Origin: Candidatus Krumholzibacteriota bacterium
Lineage (GTDB): Bacteria > Krumholzibacteriota > Krumholzibacteriia > JAJRXK01
DNA length: 64,000 nucleotides
Direction of reading: 5' to 3'
NCBI GenBank assembly: GCA_963727455.1
Contig: CAVSGG010000009.1
Coordinates: 483,532 to 547,531 of the forward strand
Part shown: positions 22,453-34,198 of the stretch, one piece after another
Position numbering within the stretch: the stretch's first letter is position 1
How the letters are laid out: each line of letters begins with the position of its first letter
Program-made: the position numbers and the translations under genes
Notes under the pieces: generated by a model
Told to the model about the DNA's origin: nothing
Seen by the model: the letters and a program-made list of their open reading frames with translations, nothing else
Databases searched by the model: none

Positions 22453-24939
22453 TTGAAGCGCGCCACGAGAGTGAGATCGACGACCGCCGCACATCTTCGA
22501 GGGTTGTTCGTGCTCTTCTCCCATCATCCCGCACAGTCCTCACGCCGCACCCCGGCGGTGCGCAGGGTCGGGCCTGCGCTGAGGCACTTGCCGCTTCTGA
22601 TTTTCATCGTCGGAGCCGCCGCCACGATCGCACTGTGGTCGGTGATCGATGGCAGCGAAGACAGGAGAATTCAGCAAGAGACCCGCGTCACTGCCCAGCA
22701 AATCCGGCGACGTCTGGAATCCTGGATCGATACCAGGACCGCTGCGGTCGATTACCTCTGCAGCCGCCAATTCACCGATAGCACCGATGTGCGGCTCAAC
22801 TTCCGCTCCACCGCCTTGCATTTCGTGCAGCTTTATCAGGGTGTCCAAGCTCTGAACTTCATCGACAATCGGGGGATCATTCGCATCGTCTATCCCGAGA
22901 GCACCAATGCGGAGGCATCTGGGCCAGGATCTCCGAAGCGACCCGCGTCCGGAGGTCACCGAGGCACTCAAGCGGGCCGAAGCGAGCGGTTCCCTCAGCC
23001 GAACTCCCGTCATCGACCTCTTTCAAGGAGGAAAGGGCTTCGCAACCTACGAGCCGCTTCGCAACGGGACCGGAGAGCAGTTGGGCTTTGCCAACTGCGT
23101 CTTCCGGATCAACGATCTGATGGACAGCTGTTTGTCCGAACCGGAGTTGCGCGATCGTTTCCGCTTCGAAGTTCTCGATTCCTTCGGCCATCGGGCCTAT
23201 CTCCACCCTCTCGATGACAAGGAGGAACAGTGGCCCCTGGCCGTAGCTCTGCAAGTTCGCGTAGTGGACCGACCGTGGACGATGCGTTTTGCTCCGATGC
23301 CCGACGTACATCTCGAACCAACACTCCATCGCCGACGAGCTCCTGATGTTGGTGGGCTTGATCTTGATCACCACGGTTTCCCTCATGGTGAGTGCTCTTC
23401 TTAGCCGACACGAGGCCCTGGCCGTGAGTCAAGCCAACTATAAGCTGCTCGTGGAGAATCAGAGCGATATGGTGGTGAAGATGGACCCGCAGGGTCGCTT
23501 TCTCTACTTGAGCCCGAGTTGCTTTCAGGTATTCGGTAAGTCCGAAGAGGAGATTTGTTGGATACGGAATTTACTTCTCTGATCCACGCGGAGGAACATG
23601 ACGGTTTGTCTCGCGCATTCGAGAGCCTGAAACAGCCGCCGCATGCCAGCTACATCGAGCAACGAACCATGACTAAAGAGGGATGGCGATGGTTGTCGTG
23701 GTCCATGATCTCGGTACTCGATGATGAAGGCGCGGTGCAGGAGATCATCGGAGTCGGCAACGATATCACGCAAACGACGCGAACTCGAGGAACAGCTCAT
23801 TCAGTCGCAGAAGCTGCAGGCGGTCGGACAACTCGCCGGCGGAGTCGCTCATGACTTCAACAACATCCTCCAGGCCATGATTGGTTACCTGGAGTTTGCG
23901 AACGCCGAGGTTCCCGAAGAATCACCCGCCAAGAAAGATCTGAATCAGGTTCAAAAGTGGGATCGAGAGAGCGATTCAATTGACGCGTCAATTGCTCGCT
24001 TTCAGCCGCAGACAAGCTCTCGACACCGAGATACTCAGAGTTGAACGAGGTCTGCCGGGAGATCATCGGGATGCTCCGCCGCATGGTGGGGGAATCGGTG
24101 GAAATCCGTTTCGAGGCCGACCCCCATTGTCCCAAGGTCTATGCGGACCGAAGTCAACTGGGGCAGGTCCTGATGAATCTCTGCGTCAATGCGAGAGATG
24201 CAATGAACGGGAAGGGAGTCATCACGATCCAAACCGGGCGGGTGCTCGCCGATCAGAGTTTTTTGAAGGAACATCCTGGTGTCCCGTCTGGGACTTCACG
24301 CCTACATGAAGGTCAGCGACGATGGCTGCGGAATTCCGCGCTCGGTCCAAAAGCACGTCTTCGAACCCTTCTTCACCACCAAGGATGTTGGAGCAGGTAC
24401 CGGTATCGGATTATCGACGGTGTATGGGATCGTCCAGCAACACGATGGCACGATCGATCTTCAGAGTGAACCTGGAGTGGGAACCGAGATTACCATCTAT
24501 CTACCCGCGTCCGACGGCGTAGTAGATCCCCCGTTCCGCGGACACCGGTGAACTCTCTCCAGGGAGTGGCGAGACCATTTTGGTGACGGAGGACGACCGC
24601 CTCGTCAGAGAAGTCGCACTGCGTGTCCTCGAACGCAGCGGCTATCGCGTTCTGGAAGCTTCCAACGGAAAGGAAGCCCTCGAGCTGTTCGAGCAACACC
24701 GCGAGGAAATCGCGCTCACCATCTTGGACGCGGTCATGCCGGAAATGGGCGGAAGGGAGACGAGCGAGCGGATCCGCGAGATGAAACCCGATGCGCGAAT
24801 TCTCTTCGTATCGGGCTACAATCCGCGCGAGGTGGACGGTGAACTGGTCCTCGGGGACAACGACGAGATGTTGATGAAGCCGTACCTTGCCGAGACTTTT
24901 CTCGCGCGCGTGCATGAGATCTTGAGCCACGAGTCCTAG
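22453..24939 (+). CDS. Hybrid sensor histidine kinase (TM, CHASE-like periplasmic domain, PAS, HisKA, HATPase, receiver); several frameshifts, start approximate
   Basis: LVENQSDMVVKMDPQGRFLYLSPS (PAS), GGVAHDFNNIL (H box), QVLMNLCVNARDAM, DDGCG, FEPFFTTK, GTGIGL, LDAVMPEMGG, KPY. Confidence 0.88.
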
Positions 24940-25678
24940 GCGCGTCTCCCTAACACATAGAGTCCCAGGTCATCGCTCTCTCCGTCGCTCCGGTAGCGTT
25001 CTTTGACTCTTAGACCGGCTTGCTCGCACAAATTCAGCAGTTCCCCCTCTTCGAAGGAATGCACGTATCGCAGAGCTCTGCCACCGCGCCGCCAATCTTG
25101 CAGGATATCTCCCTTTTCGACTTCGCTCTGATTCAGACCAAGCTGCGACCATGGAACCACGCGCCGCGCAAAGCGCTCGAGATGCAGACATTGCCAGACT
25201 GAAATCGCCCAGCATCCCTCGACCGCCAAGAGCGTGGAACATTCCCTTAGAAAGCGAAGACGCTGCAACTGGCCCGGGTATGTGATGCAGAACGGAAAAG
25301 AGGACCATGGCCTGAAAGCCACCCTTGGGCCGGACCAAGTTCTCGGCCCAACCCTGCCCCGTCAGGTCGGCCTGCACGAGTTGGAAGTTCTCGCCAGCAC
25401 ATGGTGCCAGAGCGAGAAGCTCGGCGCAGGCGTCCAGGCCCAAGTAGAATCCCGTAAAGCCCCCGGGCTGCGGGTCCCACGCTCCCCTCGAGCAGCCTTC
25501 GACCCACTCGCGCATCTCCGCATCCGAGGTCGATGAGGCTCTCGAAGCTGCCCAAGGAAGAGAGAGCGCGCACGATGCCGGGCTGAAGACGTGTCCGCGA
25601 ATCGGAGAATTCTGCCGCGTACCGGCGGTAGAGCCCTAAATTCAGCGCGATCAACTTTCGACGGATGGACCCTTGCAC
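24936..25678 (-). CDS. Class I SAM methyltransferase, Trm9/ALKBH8-like (frameshifted)
   Basis: Reconstructed: YRRYAAEFSDSR...IDLGCGDAR...GLD...AD...FSVLHHIPG...SVWQ...DILQDW...RYVHSFEEGEL..L...AGL. Confidence 0.75.
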
Positions 25679-25763
25679 TAGTATCCCTTTATACTGCCCT
25701 GAGATGCGCACACCGACGAACGTGCCCTCTCCCCGATTCCCTCTTCGCCAGGCACCCAAGACC

Positions 25764-27467
25764 ATGGCCAAGCCGGCTCCACTCACCCGACTCGAACTCC
25801 ATCGCTATCGCGAGCCCCTTCGCGCCATATCTGAAGCGAGGTCGCCGCGCTCGAGGAGATGAGTGAGAAGCGCCTGGCTACCATCCTGCGCCGCCATCCG
25901 CGGGATGGCAACGGCGTCTTCAGTAAGAACCACCTCGTGGCCGGCTATCGCCTGTTGGCCGAGGCCGGCGAAATCGCTCCCGATGAAGAGCTACTGCGGC
26001 GTATCCAGATGCGGCCGGTGCGAACTTCGAGCGGCGTCACTCCGGTTACCGTGCTCACCAAGCCCTATCCATGTCCGGGCCGCTGCATCTTTTGCCCTAC
26101 CGATCTGCGAATGCCCAAGAGCTATCTCCGCGACGAACCCGGCGCCATGCGCGCGGAACAGCACCATTTCGATCCCTACGAGCAGACCGCAGGTAGAATC
26201 GCCGCGTTCTACAGCAACGGACATCCCGCGGACAAGATTGAACTCTTGGTGTTGGGCGGAACTTGGTCCAGCTATCCGCGCGAGTATCAGGAGTACTTCA
26301 TCCGGCGCTGTCTGGACGCCATGAACGAGGTCGGCCAGCCAGCGGATTCAAGTTCACCCGGAGGAGCAGCCGGGAACAGCGACGCAGCCTCGAACAGGCA
26401 CAGCGGCGCAACGAGAGGGCGGCTTGCCGCAACGTGGGGCTGGTGCTGGAGACACGGCCCGATCACGTGAGCCTGGAGGAGGTACGTCACCTGCGTCGAC
26501 TGGGGGCGACCAAGATACAATTGGGCGCCCAATCACTGGACGATCGAATCCTGCAGCTCAATCAACGCGGCCATACGGTGGAGGACACGCGCGTGGCCAT
26601 GACGAGATTGCGCGCGGCCGGATTCAAGCTGGTTCTTCACTGGATGCCAAATCTGTACGGAGCCACCGCGGCGAGCGACCTGGAGGATTTTCGGAAGTTG
26701 TTCAGCGATCCGGCCCTGCGGCCCGACGAACTCAAAATCTATCCCACCACGCTCCTGCAGAATGCCGCTCTTTACGAAGTCTGGTTGAAGGGCAACTACC
26801 TTCCCTACGACGATGAGACCCTCATCGAGCTGGTCATCGCCTGCAAGGAACTCGTGCCTCGCTACTGCCGAATCAACCGTATCTACCGCGACATACCCTC
26901 GACCAACGTCGTCGCCGGCTGCAAAATCACGAACTTGCGACAGAAGGTGGCCGACGATCATGAGGCAGTCGAGGCGCCGCTGCCGGTGTCTCCGCTGCCG
27001 GGAGGTGAGAGAATCGGGTCGTAGCAGGCCGAGAATCTCGCCCTCAACGAGCTGCGCTATCGCTGCCGTGAGAGCGAGGAGCATTTTCTCTCCTTCGACG
27101 ATTCCGGGGACCATTGCGCCGGATACCTGCGACTTTCCCTGCCCGACCATCCCGGGCATGCGGGAGGGCAAAGGCTCGGCCTGGCCGAGTTGGAAGGTTG
27201 CGCACTCGTCCGTGAGATTCACGTCTACGGCCCCGCCTTACCATCGGGACGGGAGGCCGGCGATTCCTGGATCGCGGCCAGCCAACATCGCGGACTGGGA
27301 CGAAAGCTTCTTGGCACGGGCGGAAGAAACTCGCCTGCGAGCAGGGCTACTCCCGGATGGCCATCATCGCTTCGGTGGGAACTCAGCGCGTACTACCGAA
27401 GCCACGGATACCGGCTCGAGGGAAGCTACATGGTCAAGAGTCTGCGGTCTAAAGCAGCCCAAACTGA
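25764..27467 (+). CDS. elp3: Elp3-family radical SAM/GNAT tRNA U34 carboxymethylation enzyme (frameshifted; ends approximate)
   Basis: PVRTSSGVTPVTVLTKPYPCPGRCIFCP, PKSY..DEPG..RA, KIELLVLGGTW, ETRPD, QLGAQS, HWMPNL, PDELKIYPT, RINRIYRDIP, CRCLRCRE, VREIHVYG, QHRGLG, YYRSHGY. Confidence 0.9.
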
Positions 27468-27468
27468 C

Positions 27469-28935
27469 TCAGAAGTACCCGATCGAATGCAGGCTCTGCT
27501 CGGTCTTCGGATCGAGGTGGTCCACCGGTTCCACACTCTCCGTGCCGGTGGCGATCCACAGCCCGATTTGTTTGCGCAAAGGCGCGATCTCCGGCGGCAC
27601 TTCGTTCGCGGCCACGAGATCGTGCTTTTCCTGGGGATCCGCCATCAGATCATAGAGCTGGTAACTGCTCTCGTAGACGCGGTAGATCCACTTGTACTTG
27701 CCGGCACGGAGTCCAAATTCCGGCACGATACTGTGGGTGTTGCGCAGGAAGACCTTTCTCTTCTCGAAGTTCTCGTGCGTCCCGCGATCAGGGGCAAAAG
27801 GCTGTCCCCTTCAGTCCATCGGGAGGGGATGATCTGGAAAAGATCGAGATAGGTGGGAAGAGGATCCACCAGGGAGACCGGCTGCTTCACGTGTTGCCCG
27901 AGAACTCCGGCGCTCCGGGAATGTGCATGATGAAGGGAATTCGCATGAACTCTTCGTAGATGTGCCGGCCGTGCGCGTAAACCCCATGCTCCCAAAACGC
28001 CTCCCCGTGGTCCGCGATCACGAGGAAGACGGTGTTGTCCCAACGTCCGCTCTTCTTCAGAGCATCGATGACTTCTCCCACTTTGGAATCGACATAGGCC
28101 AGATTCCCATCATAGAGCGCGCGGATCATCTCTTGACGGTGCCGACTGGGCGGGTCGAGGCGGTATCGCAAGAAGGTTGCGCGCATTCGCGTCGACGCTG
28201 TCCGCCGCCACCGGATCGAACTTGCGCGCAAATTCGTCGGGCGGCGTATAGGGAGTGTGCGGCTCGAGAAAATGGAGATAGGCAAAGACCTGCTGATCCC
28301 CCCACGACTTCATGTCGTTCTCGAAGGCTTCGACGGTACGTTGGGCGAGGTGCTCGGTCGAATCGGGGACCGCTTCATTGTCGTAGATCTCGTAGAATTT
28401 CGTGAAGCCCCGATCGAATCCGAAATCGGGCCCGAACCAGGGATTTCCGGAAATTCGCGATCCGGCGGCTGAACTTGGGAGCCAGTAGCTCCGCCATGAG
28501 ATTGGTGTTCTCGCCTACCTTGAACGGGGCATCGACGATGCCCTTCAATCCCTGCTTCTCGGCAAGAAAGGGATAGCTCGAGGTGAGCATCGCGTATACC
28601 GAATGTCCCGTCGATGCCGCCTCGGTATAGGCGGTATCAAAGACCAGACTCTTCGCGGCCAATGCATCGATGTTGGGCGTCGTGTTCCGATCGTAGCCCG
28701 CGAATCCGAAGTGTCCGTAGCCACCCGCGTCGAGCAAAACCATGATCAGGTTCTTGCCTCGCACCGCATCGCGCAGCCGGTGCATCTTTGCCTCTTGGGG
28801 ATTGCGAACCAGGCCGCAAGAACCGAGGAACGAGCGCGGCCGTGAGAAGCAGCGGGAGTCCGAAGAAGCCGAAGAGGGAGAGCCGGCGCGAAAAGGCTGC
28901 AGGGTTGGCGGAATACTCGCCGGAGAGGCGATCAT
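27469..28935 (-). CDS. Sulfatase-like alkaline-phosphatase-superfamily lipoprotein, copy 1 (frameshifted)
   Basis: LGSC lipobox, NLIMVLLDA, GYDRNTTPNID, AYTEAASTGHS, YLHFLEPHTPY, YDGNLAYVD, IADHGEAF, C-terminal LHSIGYF. Confidence 0.85.
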
Positions 28936-28980
28936 CGCGAATCTCCTGAAATGGACGGTAATCGAGAGCCTTGCCGAATC

Positions 28981-29010
28981 ATGATATTCAGCCCCGCGCT
29001 CCAGCGGCAA
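28981..29010 (-). promoter_or_regulatory. Putative promoter of sulfatase-like copy 1
   Basis: Minus strand TTGCCG-18 nt-TATCAT; the same hexamers occur upstream of copy 2. Confidence 0.55.
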
Positions 29011-29081
29011 GGAGACGCAAGACGGCCCCCTTCAGAGGATAGCATCGTCCCGCTGCGAGGGTGTGCAAACTCCAAGCTCAA

Positions 29082-30550
29082 TCAAAAGTAACCGATCGCA
29101 TGCAACCTCTGCTCGGTCTTCGGGTCCAATTTCTCGACCGGTTGGATACGATGTGTGCCGGTGGCAATCCAGAGCCCGATCTGCTTGCGCAGAGGCGCGG
29201 CCTCGGGCGGCACTTTGCCCTCCGCCATCAGATCGTGCTGTTCGTGGGGATCTTCCATCGAGGTCGTAGAGCTGGTAGCTGCTCTCGCGCACACGATAAA
29301 TCCACTTGTAACGGCCCGCGCGTACACCGAACTCCGGAACCGTTCGGTGAGTGTTCCGCATGAAGATCTTACGCGTCTCGAAGTCCTTGGTAGCACCCAC
29401 GATGAGAGGAAGCAAACTGTCGCCCTTCAGGCTGTCCGGTGGAGTAATCTCGAAGAGATCCAGGAAGGTGGGCAAGAGATCGACCAAGGAAACCGGCTGC
29501 TTGATGTGGCGGCCCATGAGTTCTTGATCGCCCGGGAACGTGCACGATGAAGGGGATACGCACGAACTCCTCGTAGATGTGGTGGCCGTGCTCATAGACT
29601 CCATGCTGCCAGAACGCCTCGCCGTGGTCCGCGATCACCAGAAACACGGTATCGTTCCAGTGCCCGCTTTCCTCAGAGCCTCGATCACTTCCCCGAGCTT
29701 TCGAATCCACATAGGCAAGATTGCCGTCGTAGAGGGCGCGGATCATCTTCTGCCTGCGCTGGCTTGGCGGGATCGAAACGATAGCGCAAGAGACTCTGAG
29801 AGCTGGCGTCGATGCTATCCGCCGCGACCGGATCGAACTTGCGCGCGAATGCCCTGGGGGGTTCGTACGGGGAATGCGGTTCCAGAAAATGGAGGTACGC
29901 GAAGACTGGCTCCGCTTCCCCACGAACTCAATTCTGTCTTGAACGCATCGACGGTACGAGCGGCGAGATGTTCGGTCGAATCGGGCACCGCTTCGTTGTC
30001 GTAGATCTCGTGGAACTGAGTGAAGCCGCGATCGAAACCGAACTCGGGTCCGATCCAGGCGTTCGAAGAGAACGCAACTCGCCGTGGGAACTTCGGCGCC
30101 AGAAGCGCCGGCATCAACTGCGGTGTGCTCGTCGATCTTGAAGGGAGCGTCTCGAATCCCTTTCAGTCCCTGCCGCTCGGCGAGAAAGGGGTAGCTGGAA
30201 GTGAACATCGCGTAGACCGAGGGGCCCGTCGAGGACGCCTCGGTATAGGCGGTGTCGAAGACCAGGCTCTTCTCGGCCAGGGCGTCGACATTGGGAGTAG
30301 TGTTGCGATCATAGCCAGCATAACCGAAGTGGCCGTAGGCTGCGGCATCGAGGAGCACGAGCACGAGATTTTTGCCTTGCACTTCATCGCGCAAATTCTT
30401 CATGGCCGCGTCTTCGCGATTGTTCCCGAGGCCGCAGGAGACGAGGGTGAGGGGAGCGAGCAGCAGGAGCAACAGACGCACGCCGCGCGTGGCAAGGCAA
30501 TGGCGCGCCGTTGCCACGGCCTTGGCGGGTTCGAGCCGAGGAACCTTCAT
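29082..30550 (-). CDS. Sulfatase-like alkaline-phosphatase-superfamily lipoprotein, copy 2 (frameshifted)
   Basis: LVSC lipobox, NLVLVLLDA, GYDRNTTPNVD, AYTEASSTGPS, YDGNLAYVD, IADHGEAF, C-terminal LHAIGYF; collinear paralog of copy 1. Confidence 0.85.
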
Positions 30551-30598
30551 CTCTGATCTCCGAGGATTCCGGTGGGAATGCCGTCTGGCTGCCTGTCC

Positions 30599-30627
30599 AT
30601 GATATCCAGCCCTCTGCGGCTCGGCAA
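30599..30627 (-). promoter_or_regulatory. Putative promoter of sulfatase-like copy 2
   Basis: Minus strand TTGCCG-17 nt-TATCAT. Confidence 0.55.
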
Positions 30628-30656
30628 GGCAACCAGCTCGCGGGGCACGGGGGCTT

Positions 30657-31468
30657 TCAGCGAGATTGTGAGAGCTGCTGCGCCCGCTCATGCGCTGCCA
30701 GAATCGCCTCCGTGAGTGTCCGCTCGAAATCGCCCTCCTTCAGTCTTTCGAACGCGGCCTCGGTGGTGCCTCCCTTCGAGCTGACGGCAGCGACAAGCTC
30801 TTCCAAACTCTCAGACGACTGGTTGAGCAGGTGAAATGAGCCCTGCATGGTCTGCTTGACCAGCATGGCCGATACCGATTCGTCCAAGCCCATTCTCATG
30901 CCCGCCCGGATCATGATCCTGATGATGTGGAAGAAGTACGCCGGGCCGCTCCCGCTCAGGGCGGTCACCGCGTCGAGCTGGCTTTCTTCGCCCAAGAGGA
31001 TGGTCCGGCCGGTCGTGGACAGAAGACTGTCGATGACGCTGATGCGGTGCAGATTGACGATCTCGGTCGCGATGAAGGCGGTCACTCCCATGCCGAGTTG
31101 GGTCGGTGTATTGGGCATGGCCCGGACAATCGCGTCGTGCTGCAGTTTCTCTTGAAGGGTGGCGATGGTGATTCCGGCCATGACCGAGAGCAGAACGTGG
31201 TCCGGGCGAAGTACCTTTGCTCAGCGGAGGAGCGATGTTGGAGAAGTCCTGCGGCTTCACCGCAAGCACGAGCACGCCGTAGTCCGCGATACTCTCGTCG
31301 ATTCCCGGAACGGCTCTTCCCAGCTCGAGTGCGGTCAAGCTTCTTCGCATGCTCTTCGTTCTTGGCGACGAGAAGCAGATTCTCCTTGGTCACCAGATTG
31401 AAACGCAGGAACGAGCGGGCATAGCTCAAGCCCATGTTGCCGCAACCGATGATGGCGATTCGGAACAT
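30657..31468 (-). CDS. proC: Pyrroline-5-carboxylate reductase (frameshifted)
   Basis: IIGCGNMG, LAVKPQ, MAGI, RAMPNTP, TALSGSGPAY, VSSKGGTTEAA. Confidence 0.93.
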
Positions 31469-31591
31469 CCTTGCGATCCTTCCGAGAAGGGGTTCGTGGT
31501 GATATACTAGCCAAGAGTACAAAAAATCGGCGCCGGGTGAGGGAAGTTCTTTCCCCCGTTCATCCGCTCGTGAGTGAAGGAGGTTGCTGGT

Positions 31592-32163
31592 ATGGGACTC
31601 GATACTCTCGTGTTGCTCGTTCTGGCTGTGGTCCCGTCAGCCGTCATTCCATCCCCAGTCACGAGCCCGAGCACGATTGGCCGCTACGGATCAATGCCTC
31701 TATGCGATCGAGGACGGAGCCAATTATGTGGAGGGCTGTTTCGATCCCTGCGAGTGTCCGATCATGGCGCAGACCGGACTGGAGGGTTCCTTCCTCCTCA
31801 CGGCGCGCGGGTACGGATGGCCAGTTCGTGGACTACGAGTTGAGCCAGCTGAGCTGGCTGGTCATGTGGCAGGGCGAGGTGTTTCATCGCATCGAAGGGA
31901 CTGGAGCTTTTCAGGCTTGACGAGAGCGGCAAGCGGCAGCAGCTTCTTCTGAATCTCAGCTTCGACGGCGACGTCCGCTCGCTTTCGATAGCGGCGTGGT
32001 CCCACTCGACGCTGAGTTTCCTGAGCTGGATGTGACGGTCTCGATGAATGGCATGTACTGCTACGATCGTGTAGTTCATCTCCTCGCGGCGCAGAACGGA
32101 AAGATTGGGGTGGAGAACGAGTCGGCATGGGGCGCGCTGAAGGCCCGCTTTCTGGAGCACTAG
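31592..32163 (+). CDS. Exported Cys-containing hypothetical protein ending in a WGxLK-type motif (frameshifted)
   Basis: Signal MGLDTLVLLVLAVVPSA; fragments EGCFDPCECPI and SMNGMYCYD; ends GVENESAWGALKARFLEH* (hand-translated). Confidence 0.65.
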
Positions 32164-32164
32164 A

Positions 32165-33177
32165 GTGCAACGAGCCTCTGCGGATTTGCCTTCTCACGAC
32201 CCAGAGATCTCGACGCCGATCCCTTTCCCGCCGATGACTGGCCCTGCGATCCGCGCCCCTATCTCCCCGAGGCGAAGTGGACGGTCGCGACTCTGAAGAA
32301 GAAAAGCTGCGTGGAGCAGGTATCGTGGCTCGTGCGCGAGGACTTCGATCTCTTCTTCAACCTCTGCGATGGCGCGGCCGACCAAGATATGCCCGGAATC
32401 GAAGTGGTCAGGGTGCTGGAGGATGCCGGGGTGCCATTCACCGGGGCCAGCTCGGAATTCTACGAGCCCTCGCAGGGAGGACATGAAGGAGGCCTGCCGC
32501 CGCGAGGGAATCCCCACTCCCTCATACGTGGTCGCAAGAAATGAGGAAGACGTCGAACGCGCGGCCAACACCCTCTCCTTTCCCCTCTTCGTCAAGCACC
32601 ACTCCAGCTACGCCAGCGTCGACCTCAGCCGGGCTTCACGCGTGAGACTCGCGCCGGATTGATCCGGCAGGCGGAAAAATCATGTCACGACACGGCGCGG
32701 CACTCATCGAGGAGTACGTCGACGGAGTCGAATGCACGGTGCTGGTGGCGGAGAATCCGGAGCGATCCGCAAAGCCCCACCACCTACACGCCCATGCAGT
32801 ACCGCTTTCCCCAGGGAGAGAGCTTCAAGCACGAGAAGATGAAGTGGGTCGAGTACGACAGGCTGTCTTCGTTCCCGGTAACTGACCCACTGCTCGAAGC
32901 TCGTCTGCGCGATGTCTCGGCGCGCTTTTTCGTCGCGCTCAAAGGGGCCAGCTTCGGGCGCTGCGACTTGCGCGTCGATGCTGGGGGAACTCCGTTCATG
33001 CTGGAAATCAACCCCAACTGCGGAATCTACTATCCGGCAACGGATCCAGGAAGCGCCGATCTCTGTCTTTTTCAGGATCCTGCGGGGCACGAGGGCTTCA
33101 CGCGCCAGTTGGTGCGCGCCGCTTTCGCTCGCCGTGATGCGAAGCTGCAAGCCCCAAAACCCTCGGCCATCCTCTAG
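32165..33177 (+). CDS. ATP-grasp ligase, D-Ala-D-Ala-ligase-like (frameshifted; start approximate)
   Basis: FFNLCDGA, GVPFTG, FPLFVKH..SYAS, ALIEEYVDGVECT, GRCDLRVD, LEINPNCG. Confidence 0.75.
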
Positions 33178-34119
33178 AACTCGATCCGCATTCCCACCGG
33201 CAGATGATCGCTCAGGTACTGGATGTATTCGCTACTGCCGCCATAGAGCGACTTGTTCGGCTGGAGGGTCTCCACATCGGTGGAAGTCTTGGCGAAGGCG
33301 CTAAAGAGCTCGTCGGTGATCAAAATGTGATCCAGGTGAGAGCCTCCCTTTGAGGCTATAGGAGAATACGCTGGTGGCGCCAGTCGCGATGGACATGTCC
33401 GCGAATTCGAAGTGCGTGGGGTCGCTGAGGAAGGCCTCGAAGACATTGTTCTGGGCTGCATCAGTCAAGCTGTCGTTCATGTCGCCCACCACGATTACGC
33501 GCTGGTTGGGCAGGTTGTCGTTGATGTAAGCGGCCAAAAGCTCGCAGGCCTGTTGTCGGCGGAATTCCTCGTCCCACTCGTCGCCGCTGGCGATGGTGCC
33601 ATCCCCACAGCACTTCAGGTGATTGTCGATGATCACCAGCGGCGTTCCCTGGAAATCGCAGCGCATCAGCAGGGGGCTGCGCGGGAAAATCCTACTCTCT
33701 GAGGTGAAAAGCTCCTCGAAGCTCACGTTGCTCACACTCGAGATCTTGTAGATGAAGGCCAGTTTCATGTATCTGGAGGAGCCGGGAGCCAGGTGACCAG
33801 TGTAGCCATCCAACTCGTCCAACACAGCCTGGAAGGCCGTCGGGTCTTCGATCTCCTGAAGAGCTGCCACGTCGGGGTCGAGCGCGCTCAGGGCCTTGGC
33901 CAGGTAGTGGGGAGTCTGGGAATTCTTGGGGAAGGTCTGGAGGTTCCAGGTGACGAGATCGAAGCTGCTATCGTCGCCAAAAGTCAGTCCGGGGAAGAGC
34001 TCATTCCCGCCGGGAGGCGGCGCCGCGGGAGTGATGGCCTCCTTCCCGCTACAGCCAAAAAGGGTAAGAATCAGCGCCAGCGCGCCCCAAATCAGGGCAG
34101 TTCTGCGAATCGAAAACAT
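33174..34119 (-). CDS. Endonuclease/exonuclease/phosphatase family lipoprotein (frameshift near the C-terminus)
   Basis: LFGC lipobox, TWNL, ALQEI, NHLKCC, VGDMND, LDHI, SDHLPV. Confidence 0.87.
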
Positions 34120-34198
34120 CTGAGAATCCAACTCCAATATCGTGGTCGGCTCAATCTGGTTCTAATTATAGTCAAAGCCAAGCAGAAAGGGGAGAGCC

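Noticed and set aside
27469-30550. Sulfatase-like repeat as an assembly duplication or mobile element
   Set aside because: The copies differ at many synonymous and non-synonymous sites and have different N-termini; no transposase or terminal repeats
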